Below are positions 31,530 to 40,469 of a DNA stretch of 64,000 bases, piece by piece. Source of the stretch: Anaerohalosphaeraceae bacterium (GTDB taxonomy: Bacteria; Planctomycetota; Phycisphaerae; Sedimentisphaerales; Anaerohalosphaeraceae). Position 1 is the first letter of the stretch. Each line of letters begins with the position of its first letter. The position numbers were made by a program, and so were the translations under genes. Under the pieces are notes generated by a model. That model did not search any database and had not been told where the DNA came from. It worked only from the letters and a program-made list of their open reading frames with translations. The DNA lies in the NCBI GenBank assembly GCA_963675525.2, contig CAXXSL010000008.1, positions 64,001 to 128,000 on the forward strand, written 5' to 3'.

Positions 31530-34500
31530 AAGCCGGGGGTTGGAGCCGCGGCGGTCCAGTTGCTTACATCATTGGAGTAGCCGCTTTCAGAAACACGATT
31601 TAATGACTGTCCCCTGCCATCGGCGTTAATTGGCCACGGATCATCGCCAGCCGGATGCGCACCATCACTATAATTGACCTGCTCGGCACGGATGTACGGG
31701 ACGAATCCGCCGGGTTCCGGGTTCCCGGGTTTGGACAGTTCGATCTTTTCACCGTCATTTTCAAGTTTTGAATCAACAAAGGGCCCAAAGACTCCCACGC
31801 CGCCAGGAACACCGGGATAGACAACCCGGAAGATGTCCGGGTCTGTTCGAACCACAAGGATACGGCCTCCGGCGGGAATCGAAACGCCCGTCGGGAAGGT
31901 GAAATCGATTCCCTTTGTAAACTTCCAGGTATTCGAAGGATTTGCTGAATCAAAGAGGTCGATTGCAGAGCCGGTTCTGTTCTTCAGTTCTAAATATTCT
32001 CCCAATTGGTCATGGGTAATCGATGGGTTGTACATGATTTCGTTGATCACGACACCTTCAACAAGAGGGTCTGAGTTGGCGGTTTCGAAAGTCATATTTT
32101 GCATAGCAACAAAATCAACATCATAATTGGCCGCGGCGCTCTTGACATGTCTTCCGAAAGAAACATCCCATTGGGCCGCTCCGAATTCCTCCCAAACACT
32201 GTAGCCCCCGGAGAGATTTCCACCGGAACCGCTGGAAAGATAAATCTCCTCACCCAATTCACTTAAGCCGAATCCAATAAGCCTGCCCGGGTCGGATGCC
32301 GAGGCACCAAAGTTGTCATCCTGTGTAAAGACCTTATAGCCGCCGGACGGGATCGACTGACCGGCGGCAATCTGGTACTTTTTAAGGTTGCCGCAATCGT
32401 CGCTGAGGAACCAGCCTCCAATATCGACTGCCGAACCGGTCGTGTTATGAAGCTCGATCCAGTCATTCGGATAGCCGTCGGAATGCGTCAGAATTTCATT
32501 GATCACAATTGCACCATTGGCGGCAATATTGGCAGGATTCGCCGAACCCGGACTTCCGTTGACCACACTGCTTGCCTGCCAGGCTTCCTTTTCGTCCCAA
32601 CTGGCCGGGTCTGGGTCAGAAGGATTGATGATATTCAATGAAAAACCTGCCCCGTCAGTAATCGGATACCAATTGTCATTGTAATCGAAATCAAGGATCT
32701 CGGCTCCGGAGGCATCTTTGAGGACAATTTCCTCCCCTCCGTTATTTAAGGCTCCGGTAAACTGGCCGGCAATCGTCATGCCCGTACCATACAACGCTTC
32801 GAACATAGCCTGATTGCGAACAACCACCGCATATTGACCGGCTCCGAGCGATAAATCCGGAAACGTAAAATCGATCCCGTCCGTAAATTTCACCCATGCA
32901 AGATTAATGCCGGCCGCACCGATATTCCGGACCTCGATAAATTCATGATTCGGATCGGCCGGATGATACATGATCTCGGTGATCCGCAAGCTCGGAGCAA
33001 CGTTGTTCATCGAGAAGATCGCTTCGTTCAGAGCTGTCCAGTTGGAACTGTCCTTGATACGTGCCTTGATCCGCCTGGAGGCATTAAGCGTGATGGGGCT
33101 TGAGTACGTAAGAGCTGTTGGCGAGACTCCGCCGCCTGCGATCAGGCCTCCACCGCCCGAACCTGCTGCACCTATTTCAAGTTCAAACGAGATCAGGAAG
33201 TCAGAGCTTGTAAGACCGTAGTTCAGGCCGTGAATCGCAATCATATTGCCGCTGCCTGAGTTTAGCACGCTTTTGTAACCGCTGATGTCAATTTCGGTAA
33301 GCCCTGTGCTATCGGGGGGGTAATTGGTTGCGCCGGCATCCCAGGCGGGTGTGCCGGCGGGCACATTATCGCTGCGGTATACCTCGGTTCCATTGATGTA
33401 TGCCACGAAGGCATCATCGAATCGTATCCATAATTTCATGTATTCCATATCCGCCAGGTCGCCGGCATCTACGGTAAACACTGCTCTGATGTAACATGAC
33501 TGTTGTACGCCATACATCAGACCTTCAACATCATAGCTTATATGCGGGTCGTATTCATTACCTGAAGATCTTTCATAACCGACGCCGCTGCTTACACTGG
33601 TCCATCCGGAATCGTCAAACGATCCGCCGCCCTTCCAGTTGTCCGATAGTTGAACGGTTGGGACAAGTGCTTTTTTCGATGTGCTTTCCGTAAGAAGCAT
33701 GGTTGTAAATGGAGCCACACCTCCGCCGGTGTCCCAGTGTGTCCATTCTCTTGGATCGGTTCCATCGGTTGTGTAGTAAATCGTTCCGGACGATCCGGTC
33801 ATTGTCAGGCTTGAACCGGGACTTACATTTCCGCCTGTGTTCATTGGAACACTATTCACGAATAATGTTGGTGGAGCCGCAATGTTTCTGTCTTTAAGCC
33901 AGAGAGCATCGAGATGTCCCAGTCGATCAGAATGGGTAGCCAGATACCATTCACCTGCGGCGGGTGTTCCCTGGCCATTAAACCAGTTCTTGAGCCATTC
34001 AGTTTCCATCTTGTACGTATGCGGCAGATTCCCCTGCTCTGGCCGAGATGAGTTATAGCCGTGATAATAGTTACACCATTCATATTGATTGAGAATATTC
34101 CATTTCGCAAAGTTCCTGTCTGCCGGTGTGCTGCCGGTATTGATCAGCGGCCCGTCAGAATCAAGCAGGTCATAATAGTAATCGATGTCTGCGGTAATCT
34201 GTGCATCGGACAACTTGTCTTCGCGATGCTCGAACCATTTGTCTGCGGTTTTAAGTTTGTAATCGTTGTCAGCCAATAATCGCCTGTGCCATCCATAAGC
34301 AGCCCTGTTATAATTGAACCACCCTTCGGATGTATCTGCTCTTGCGAAGTATTCGGGATACCACCAGCCGTCATTGGTTGCATTACCCGAGCTGAAGTTA
34401 TAATCCCACTGCGGACCGAACAGAATTCCACCGTTTTTTTCCTTGTACAGATATGTGCTGTAATTAAAGTTGTCTGCCTCTTTAAACAATTCAGCGATAA

Positions 34501-36265
34501 GATCATATTCAATAAATGATTCAACATCGATATACTTTGCATAGCCGTTTACAGGATCGTTAAAGCTGCCGCTATTCAAAATCGTTTCATACATATTGAA
34601 ATGGTTCAGAATCCAGCTTTTTTGTGTGGCGGTAAGGGTATATTGATCCGGATCGAAATACTGGAAACCCTCGCCCTCTCCATTGGTGACCATGTTCGCG
34701 GATGTATTAAATTCTTCATATATCTTGGGGTCATTGTAGTCTTTGTCGATTCTTAAGATATATCCACCGGTGATCTCCGGCTCTGTATTATCCGAGGACT
34801 CAAGGTTTCCGATGTCAAGACGGCTATCCGATACTTTGATCTTTTCGGTCAGGACATAGACACCCCGATAGTCCGAATAAGAGCAGTTGCCGCCGTCTTC
34901 GTTAACGAATATTTCAACGAATTTTGTTCCCGGAGCCGCAAAGCCCTGTCCGATGTCATTGGCCCATTTATAAGCCAGTACATTGCGAATCAGGGCTTTG
35001 TCGCCGTACGGATTGTTCAATATCCAGTCGGATTCGGAAGGCATAGCTAACAGGGAGGCCTTTGTATCCCTGTTATATTCATCCCACAATTCCAGGCCAT
35101 AGTGTTTTTTGGGCCAAACATCCGAACTTTCACCGCGTCGTTTGATTCCGGCCCTGCCGGCGTGGTCCGGAATATCCTGTATACTTGCGATCCCCGTATC
35201 CTTGTCCGTGTCGATGAATACGGATGATGTCATTCGAAGGGTTCTGTCAATAACGGTACTATAGCTGTCAATCACGATAATGGGCAGATTCGATGTAAAG
35301 CCCTGCGCATCGGCAGCCAGCGGAATATAGTAATGGCTCGTGATGGGTCCGGGGGCCAGCGATGCATCATAAGCCCTGGCCCGGATTCGTCGGGCTTGAG
35401 CGTTATTGATCGTGATCGGCCCGGAATATAAAATAGAGGATTGCGTAGGGATTGTGCCGTCAGTGGTATACCGTATCTGTGCCGTTGCAGAGAGCGCTGA
35501 CAGGGTCAGGGCAAAACTGCTTGTAAATGTTCCGCTCAGTCTTGAAAAATAGACCTCACCCGCCATCCCCACATTATTGGTCTGCTCTGGCGAGGGCAAA
35601 TCCATGGTATACCAGTCCTGGGACGCATCCGGATACTGTCCATAAGAGATGTCTGTTGACTGACCGGAAAAACTTATCGTATCGACAATGGTTTCTCCAT
35701 CATAAGCTAAAAGCGTTATCTCGTCGGCGTCTTTATCCAGCTTTAAGGTAGTATGGTAGTCACCCTGCTCATCGTCATCATCGGCCCAGAACAGAACATA
35801 GGCGCCCGGTTGAATTGAAATACCTGTCGGAATCTGCCAGAGGTTATTATCATCCTGGAGGTACATGCCTGTCAGCGTGATCGCATCGTTACCGTAGTTA
35901 TAGATCTCGATCCAGTCCGGGTACTCGCCCGGTTCATCCGGGTCTTCCAGCGTGCTGTCATTAGACGCCATCAATTCATTGATAACCAGTGTAATTTCAC
36001 CGCGCTGCTGCCAGTTTTGGGCTACCAGAGCAAAATCTTCGAGTCTGACACCGTCATCCCCTTCAAGATCCGCACATCCCGGGGCGCCAAAGCAATCAGG
36101 ATCCAGCATCCATTGCTGCGCAAATAATACGAGATCGTCAAGATCAACAATGAAGTTATTGTCCAGGTCCCCAACCGGAAAAGCGGCTAAAGCCGGAACA
36201 CCCACCAACAACACACAAAGGGTTACGACGCTGCGACACTTTATTTTCCCGCTTGACACTTTCAT
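31526..36265 (-). CDS. Second secreted CotH-kinase/LTD protein with N-terminal dockerin-like pair
   Basis: GDLDNNFIVDLDDLVLFAQQW; VINELMASN; RYTTDGTIP; CotH IKRRGESS..PKKHYGLELWD..ESDWIL..DKALIRN..YRGVYVLTEKIK..GPQWDYN; three C-terminal LTDs. Confidence 0.87.
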   Translation of the reverse strand: MKVSSGKIKCRSVVTLCVLLVGVPALAAFPVGDLDNNFIVDLDDLVLFAQQWMLDPDCFGAPGCADLEGDDGVRLEDFALVAQNWQQRGEITLVINELMASNDSTLEDPDEPGEYPDWIEIYNYGNDAITLTGMYLQDDNNLWQIPTGISIQPGAYVLFWADDDDEQGDYHTTLKLDKDADEITLLAYDGETIVDTISFSGQSTDISYGQYPDASQDWYTMDLPSPEQTNNVGMAGEVYFSRLSGTFTSSFALTLSALSATAQIRYTTDGTIPTQSSILYSGPITINNAQARRIRARAYDASLAPGPITSHYYIPLAADAQGFTSNLPIIVIDSYSTVIDRTLRMTSSVFIDTDKDTGIASIQDIPDHAGRAGIKRRGESSDVWPKKHYGLELWDEYNRDTKASLLAMPSESDWILNNPYGDKALIRNVLAYKWANDIGQGFAAPGTKFVEIFVNEDGGNCSYSDYRGVYVLTEKIKVSDSRLDIGNLESSDNTEPEITGGYILRIDKDYNDPKIYEEFNTSANMVTNGEGEGFQYFDPDQYTLTATQKSWILNHFNMYETILNSGSFNDPVNGYAKYIDVESFIEYDLIAELFKEADNFNYSTYLYKEKNGGILFGPQWDYNFSSGNATNDGWWYPEYFARADTSEGWFNYNRAAYGWHRRLLADNDYKLKTADKWFEHREDKLSDAQITADIDYYYDLLDSDGPLINTGSTPADRNFAKWNILNQYEWCNYYHGYNSSRPEQGNLPHTYKMETEWLKNWFNGQGTPAAGEWYLATHSDRLGHLDALWLKDRNIAAPPTLFVNSVPMNTGGNVSPGSSLTMTGSSGTIYYTTDGTDPREWTHWDTGGGVAPFTTMLLTESTSKKALVPTVQLSDNWKGGGSFDDSGWTSVSSGVGYERSSGNEYDPHISYDVEGLMYGVQQSCYIRAVFTVDAGDLADMEYMKLWIRFDDAFVAYINGTEVYRSDNVPAGTPAWDAGATNYPPDSTGLTEIDISGYKSVLNSGSGNMIAIHGLNYGLTSSDFLISFELEIGAAGSGGGGLIAGGGVSPTALTYSSPITLNASRRIKARIKDSSNWTALNEAIFSMNNVAPSLRITEIMYHPADPNHEFIEVRNIGAAGINLAWVKFTDGIDFTFPDLSLGAGQYAVVVRNQAMFEALYGTGMTIAGQFTGALNNGGEEIVLKDASGAEILDFDYNDNWYPITDGAGFSLNIINPSDPDPASWDEKEAWQASSVVNGSPGSANPANIAANGAIVINEILTHSDGYPNDWIELHNTTGSAVDIGGWFLSDDCGNLKKYQIAAGQSIPSGGYKVFTQDDNFGASASDPGRLIGFGLSELGEEIYLSSGSGGNLSGGYSVWEEFGAAQWDVSFGRHVKSAAANYDVDFVAMQNMTFETANSDPLVEGVVINEIMYNPSITHDQLGEYLELKNRTGSAIDLFDSANPSNTWKFTKGIDFTFPTGVSIPAGGRILVVRTDPDIFRVVYPGVPGGVGVFGPFVDSKLENDGEKIELSKPGNPEPGGFVPYIRAEQVNYSDGAHPAGDDPWPINADGRGQSLNRVSESGYSNDVSNWTAAAPTPGF

Positions 36266-36334
36266 TTTTTAATGTGATTCCCTCGTTTATCTAAACTAAT
36301 AGGGCAACTCCCAGGCACCAAGCCCTTTAATAAA

Positions 36335-39300
36335 CTACTGAATTAAGGAAACATCGTCTACATACATCGTGCCTGTTTGAACCATGGCTCCGCCAACCAT
36401 CTGGATCGTAACCTTTGCGCGAGAAGTAAGGGCCGGGCATGATAGACCGGTCTGGCTGAACTTCTGATACGTTCCAGTTGGAGTAAAGTTCCACCAGGCA
36501 GTCCCGCCTATCTCGGCGCCGGCAGCATTCAGCCATTTAATATTGGCCTGTGCAACTTCGCTGGTACCAAGAGCGCCCTTATACCAGAAACTGAAATCAA
36601 CCGTCGACGACGATGAAATTGAACCTGCTGCGGTAGTCTGCAAGAGTTCCCCCTTGGGTCCGTTGCCACCCGTCCAGTTAATGACATACTTCATTGAATA
36701 AGTCCCGCCATGTGGGGATTCAGCCACACGCTCCAGTGTCGTACCGGCTGCAAACGCGTTCTGTATCCAGCCGTCAGCGGCGACACCTGCCCCTGACTCG
36801 AAATCGCCGTTGGTGATCGGAGTTGCCGGCGTTCCTACAGAAATCGTTACCTGTGCGGAAGTCGTCGAGAGGCCATCATTATCGGTGACTTTGGCCGTCA
36901 GAATATAATTGCCTTCAGGAACAGTATTCCATGTATAGCTGTAAGGGGCAGTTGTGTCTTCGCCTAATTTCGTGGTTCCCTGGAAAAACTCGACTTTGGT
37001 GACCGTTCCATCCGTGTCGCTGGCCGTCGCTTGAATCGTGACCGTATCCCCGACATTGAAATTTGCGCCGTTGGTCGGGCTGGTGATACTGACCGAAGGA
37101 GGAATTAACACTGTTTGTACATAAATCGTTATCGCTGCGGAAGTCGTTAAGAGGCCATCATTGTCGGTGGCTTTGGCTGTCAGAATGTAATCGCCTTCAG
37201 GAACAGTATTCCATGTATAACTGTAAGGGGCGGTTGTGTCTTCGCCTAATTTCGTGGTTCCCTGGAAAAACTCGACTTTGGTGATTGTCCCGTCAGCGTC
37301 TGTCGCATTTGCCGCCATGGTAACATTACTTCCCGGGACAAAAGATGCGCCGTTGGCCGGGCTGGTGATGCTGACTGACGGAGGAATAGGCGTACTGCCG
37401 GAATTTCCCTCTTTGAGCCAGCTATAGATAAGTACGTACAGGTCATAGATATCGACGTCACCGTCTTCGACATGGTCAGCGTGTCCGCAGAAATCATTGG
37501 ACACATCGCAATTGGTATCCAGCCAGACGCCTGCCAGACGTGCCAAATCAAACATATTCACCCTGCCGCTGCCGTCGAAATCACTGGGTACAATCGGGGG
37601 ACAATCGCCCACAACAAAGCTTTGCTTATCATCCATTGTGTTGCGTTCGCCGACGCCAGGGACGTTGTATACATAATAGAAATAGATCGTCTCGCCTGCA
37701 ACAGCGCTGATCTGGAAAGGCGTGTTAGGCGATGTCGTGTAACCTGGGTATCCACCCGTAGGGACTCTTCCGTAATAAAGGATCAAGGTTGTGCTTCCTA
37801 TTCCAGGAGCCGAAGGAATAAACGTAATCGTCGGGTCGGGGGCAATTCCACTGACTTCCCATGAGAAATCACCATTGGACGGCTCACCCGTGCACAGACC
37901 TCCGACAAACACCTCGACATCGCTCGTATCCGACAGGATCCCCTCCGAAGCCTCGACCGCCGTAACGGTATATGGCCCGCCGGGATCTACGGCGACAAAG
38001 TAACCGTTCTCGTCGATCACACCACCATCCGAAACGGACCATTCAAGACCTGCTGGTATTGGAAATTCCAGACCGAACTGGTCAAAACCTTTCCCTGTAA
38101 ATTGCTTTATCTTCCCCTCTTCAACACTCGCTGTCGATGGGGATACACTGATCGAAGTCAATTCCGGAGTGCCCACATAAACCGTTACCGGTGAGGACGT
38201 ACGCGAGATATCATTACTGTCGGTTGCCTTGGCTCTGAAGGTGTAGGTTCCTTCGGAAACACTGTTGACGGTGTAACTGTAAGGACTTAACAGGTCTTCG
38301 CCTAATAAATTGAGCCCCTCAAGAAACTCGACTTTAGTGATTGTTCCGTCCGGGTCATTGGCATCAGCGATGATCGTAATATCGTCTCCCGGATCGTAAA
38401 ATGTGCCGTTGGCCGGGCTGGTGATGCTGACCGAAGGAGGAGTGTTGCCATTGCCGCCATCCGGAACCAGCGGGTCGCCGCCGCCGGTAAAATACACATC
38501 GTCAATTTCAATATCAGAAATCGGCCCGTTTACACCCAATATCTGGAAGAGTTGGGCAACCTCAAAAAGATCAACCTCTGAGGTAAAATCTGACATCGGT
38601 ATCTCGACCACATGCCATGCCCCGTCTCGAACAAATCCGTAAGGATCGCTGCCCGAGGTGAATGCGATCCATTTTTGACCCACCCCGTCCATGTTTCCGC
38701 TTTTCATGCCAACCTGGAATGTGACGGTAGAATTGGTCTTCAAAGCAAAACGCAGTTTGCTCTCCGGGTAGCTAAAAGCGGTCATGTTATATTTTACATT
38801 GGGCGTAAAGGCCGCACCAAACCAGTTCAAACCGCCTGCCGATTGAAGGCTGATGCTTTCGCTGCCCTCATACGGATCTTGTGTGATCGGGTTCATGGTG
38901 TATTCCCAGACAAAAAAGTTACCGTCAACACCCAGCGCAAATTCGCCGGCATCTTTGTGTGCCGCATCTTCGGTATAGACACCAAAATTACCATTGGCCG
39001 GTGTTACCCTTGCTACGCTTGGTTCCCAATAAATATTATCGAATGATATGGTCGTTGAAGCAGAAGCCGAGTCCGCAGCGAGCATGAACATTTGATGGAT
39101 GGTATTGAAATCAATGTTCGCAAATCTATTAAGCGGAACACTAACCGAATGCCATTCGCCATCACGGGCAAATCCGAACTCAGCCGTCTCGTCGCCCAAT
39201 GGAAGCCAGAATTCGCCGCCTCTGGAACTTTTAATGCCGACTTTCATCGCATTAGTCAAATATGACTGAATATCAAAGTGGAGGTACCCGTCAGAATAGT

Positions 39301-40408
39301 TTTTCATGTTGCGGAAGTTCGGAAGAAAAACGCCCATTCCAAACCAGGCACCGCCTCCAACATCGAATGTCCAGCACTCGGCTCCCTCAGAAGCCGTCGC
39401 ATGCGTCGCGGCATCGGTCATATTGTTCCATGGGTACACGGCTGCTTCATTTCCATAATAGAACTCCGGGTCTGTATCGTCTCCATAGACAAGTGCATTA
39501 CCCACCGGCGTTGTTTCGGTGAAAACTCCAAAGGTGTCATTCTCCTGGGCATCGGCGCCAAGGTAGATCTCCGTAAACCCATTGTCTTCAAGTTGAATGT
39601 AGTCCACATACATCTTTTCCGTCGACCCCGCCGTAGGAAGAGCTGTTATCCCGGCAGGGTCATAGATTCCCGTATACCCGGTGGGCCAACTGCCGATGGC
39701 AATGTTCAAGATGGGGAAAGCCGGCTGATGAAATTCACGATAATAATCCCCGGTGATATCGAATGTCCAGAATGGGGTACCGTCAAGGGAAACCGTTACG
39801 TCCGTCGGTGTCCATTCAATTCTATAGAGATGGTAATCGAGGTTAAGATCAACAGCAGCGTCGATCCATGCCGCATCAAACGCATACGTGTCAGGATCAA
39901 AGGTTGCGTCATCGACGGTATCATAATGTATCGCGGCGTTGATTTTCTTGTTCTGAAGGCCTTCCGTGATACCTGCCGCCGAGCCCATCTCGACGATGTC
40001 GATCTCACCGCACTCCGGCCAGGTAACGCCGGGGAAATTGTTACCCAGCAGCCAGAACGCCGGCCACAAGCCATTGGCAACATTGGGGAGTTTTATCCGG
40101 GCTTCAAGCGTGCCGTATTTGAAAGCAAATCGCCCTTGCGTCATCATGCGAGCAGAGGTGAATTGATTGTCGAAATAGTTTTCACGACGTGCTTCAAGGA
40201 CAAGACTGCCGCTCTCGATATACGAATTTTCTGACCGGGCGGTATTATATTCGAGTTGGCCGTTGCCATAACCATGCCCGCCGACATCATAGGTCCAAAC
40301 ATTTTTATCGATGTTGGGGCCATCAAATTCATCCGACCAAACAACCTCGCCAAATACCTGACATGAAAATACAAACGAAATGATCACTAATAGCAATGTT
40401 CTTTTCAT
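36335..40408 (-). CDS. Large secreted GH16 laminarinase-type enzyme with two tandem CBM-like repeats, Ig domains, dockerin-like pair and C-terminal CBM-like domain
   Basis: WSDEFDG, GNGQLEY, FTSARM, LWPAFWLLG, GEIDIVE; repeats GFARDGEWHSVSVPL / GFVRDGAWHVVEIPM; SDFDGSGRVNMFDLARLAGVWL. Confidence 0.9.
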   Translation of the reverse strand: MKRTLLLVIISFVFSCQVFGEVVWSDEFDGPNIDKNVWTYDVGGHGYGNGQLEYNTARSENSYIESGSLVLEARRENYFDNQFTSARMMTQGRFAFKYGTLEARIKLPNVANGLWPAFWLLGNNFPGVTWPECGEIDIVEMGSAAGITEGLQNKKINAAIHYDTVDDATFDPDTYAFDAAWIDAAVDLNLDYHLYRIEWTPTDVTVSLDGTPFWTFDITGDYYREFHQPAFPILNIAIGSWPTGYTGIYDPAGITALPTAGSTEKMYVDYIQLEDNGFTEIYLGADAQENDTFGVFTETTPVGNALVYGDDTDPEFYYGNEAAVYPWNNMTDAATHATASEGAECWTFDVGGGAWFGMGVFLPNFRNMKNYSDGYLHFDIQSYLTNAMKVGIKSSRGGEFWLPLGDETAEFGFARDGEWHSVSVPLNRFANIDFNTIHQMFMLAADSASASTTISFDNIYWEPSVARVTPANGNFGVYTEDAAHKDAGEFALGVDGNFFVWEYTMNPITQDPYEGSESISLQSAGGLNWFGAAFTPNVKYNMTAFSYPESKLRFALKTNSTVTFQVGMKSGNMDGVGQKWIAFTSGSDPYGFVRDGAWHVVEIPMSDFTSEVDLFEVAQLFQILGVNGPISDIEIDDVYFTGGGDPLVPDGGNGNTPPSVSITSPANGTFYDPGDDITIIADANDPDGTITKVEFLEGLNLLGEDLLSPYSYTVNSVSEGTYTFRAKATDSNDISRTSSPVTVYVGTPELTSISVSPSTASVEEGKIKQFTGKGFDQFGLEFPIPAGLEWSVSDGGVIDENGYFVAVDPGGPYTVTAVEASEGILSDTSDVEVFVGGLCTGEPSNGDFSWEVSGIAPDPTITFIPSAPGIGSTTLILYYGRVPTGGYPGYTTSPNTPFQISAVAGETIYFYYVYNVPGVGERNTMDDKQSFVVGDCPPIVPSDFDGSGRVNMFDLARLAGVWLDTNCDVSNDFCGHADHVEDGDVDIYDLYVLIYSWLKEGNSGSTPIPPSVSITSPANGASFVPGSNVTMAANATDADGTITKVEFFQGTTKLGEDTTAPYSYTWNTVPEGDYILTAKATDNDGLLTTSAAITIYVQTVLIPPSVSITSPTNGANFNVGDTVTIQATASDTDGTVTKVEFFQGTTKLGEDTTAPYSYTWNTVPEGNYILTAKVTDNDGLSTTSAQVTISVGTPATPITNGDFESGAGVAADGWIQNAFAAGTTLERVAESPHGGTYSMKYVINWTGGNGPKGELLQTTAAGSISSSSTVDFSFWYKGALGTSEVAQANIKWLNAAGAEIGGTAWWNFTPTGTYQKFSQTGLSCPALTSRAKVTIQMVGGAMVQTGTMYVDDVSLIQ
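36854..37385 (-). repeat. Tandem 282-bp intragenic duplication (two near-identical Ig-like domains)
   Basis: TGCGGAAGTC at 36854 and 37136; long identical runs such as GCCTTCAGGAACAGTATTCCATGTATA and TTGTGTCTTCGCCTAATTTCGTGGTTCCCTGGAAAAACTCGACTTTGGTGA. Confidence 0.9.
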
Positions 40409-40469
40409 CAGACTATCTTATCCTTTCTTTTAAATGTCGCTTTATCACATCTTTAGATTAGCGTTAGCT

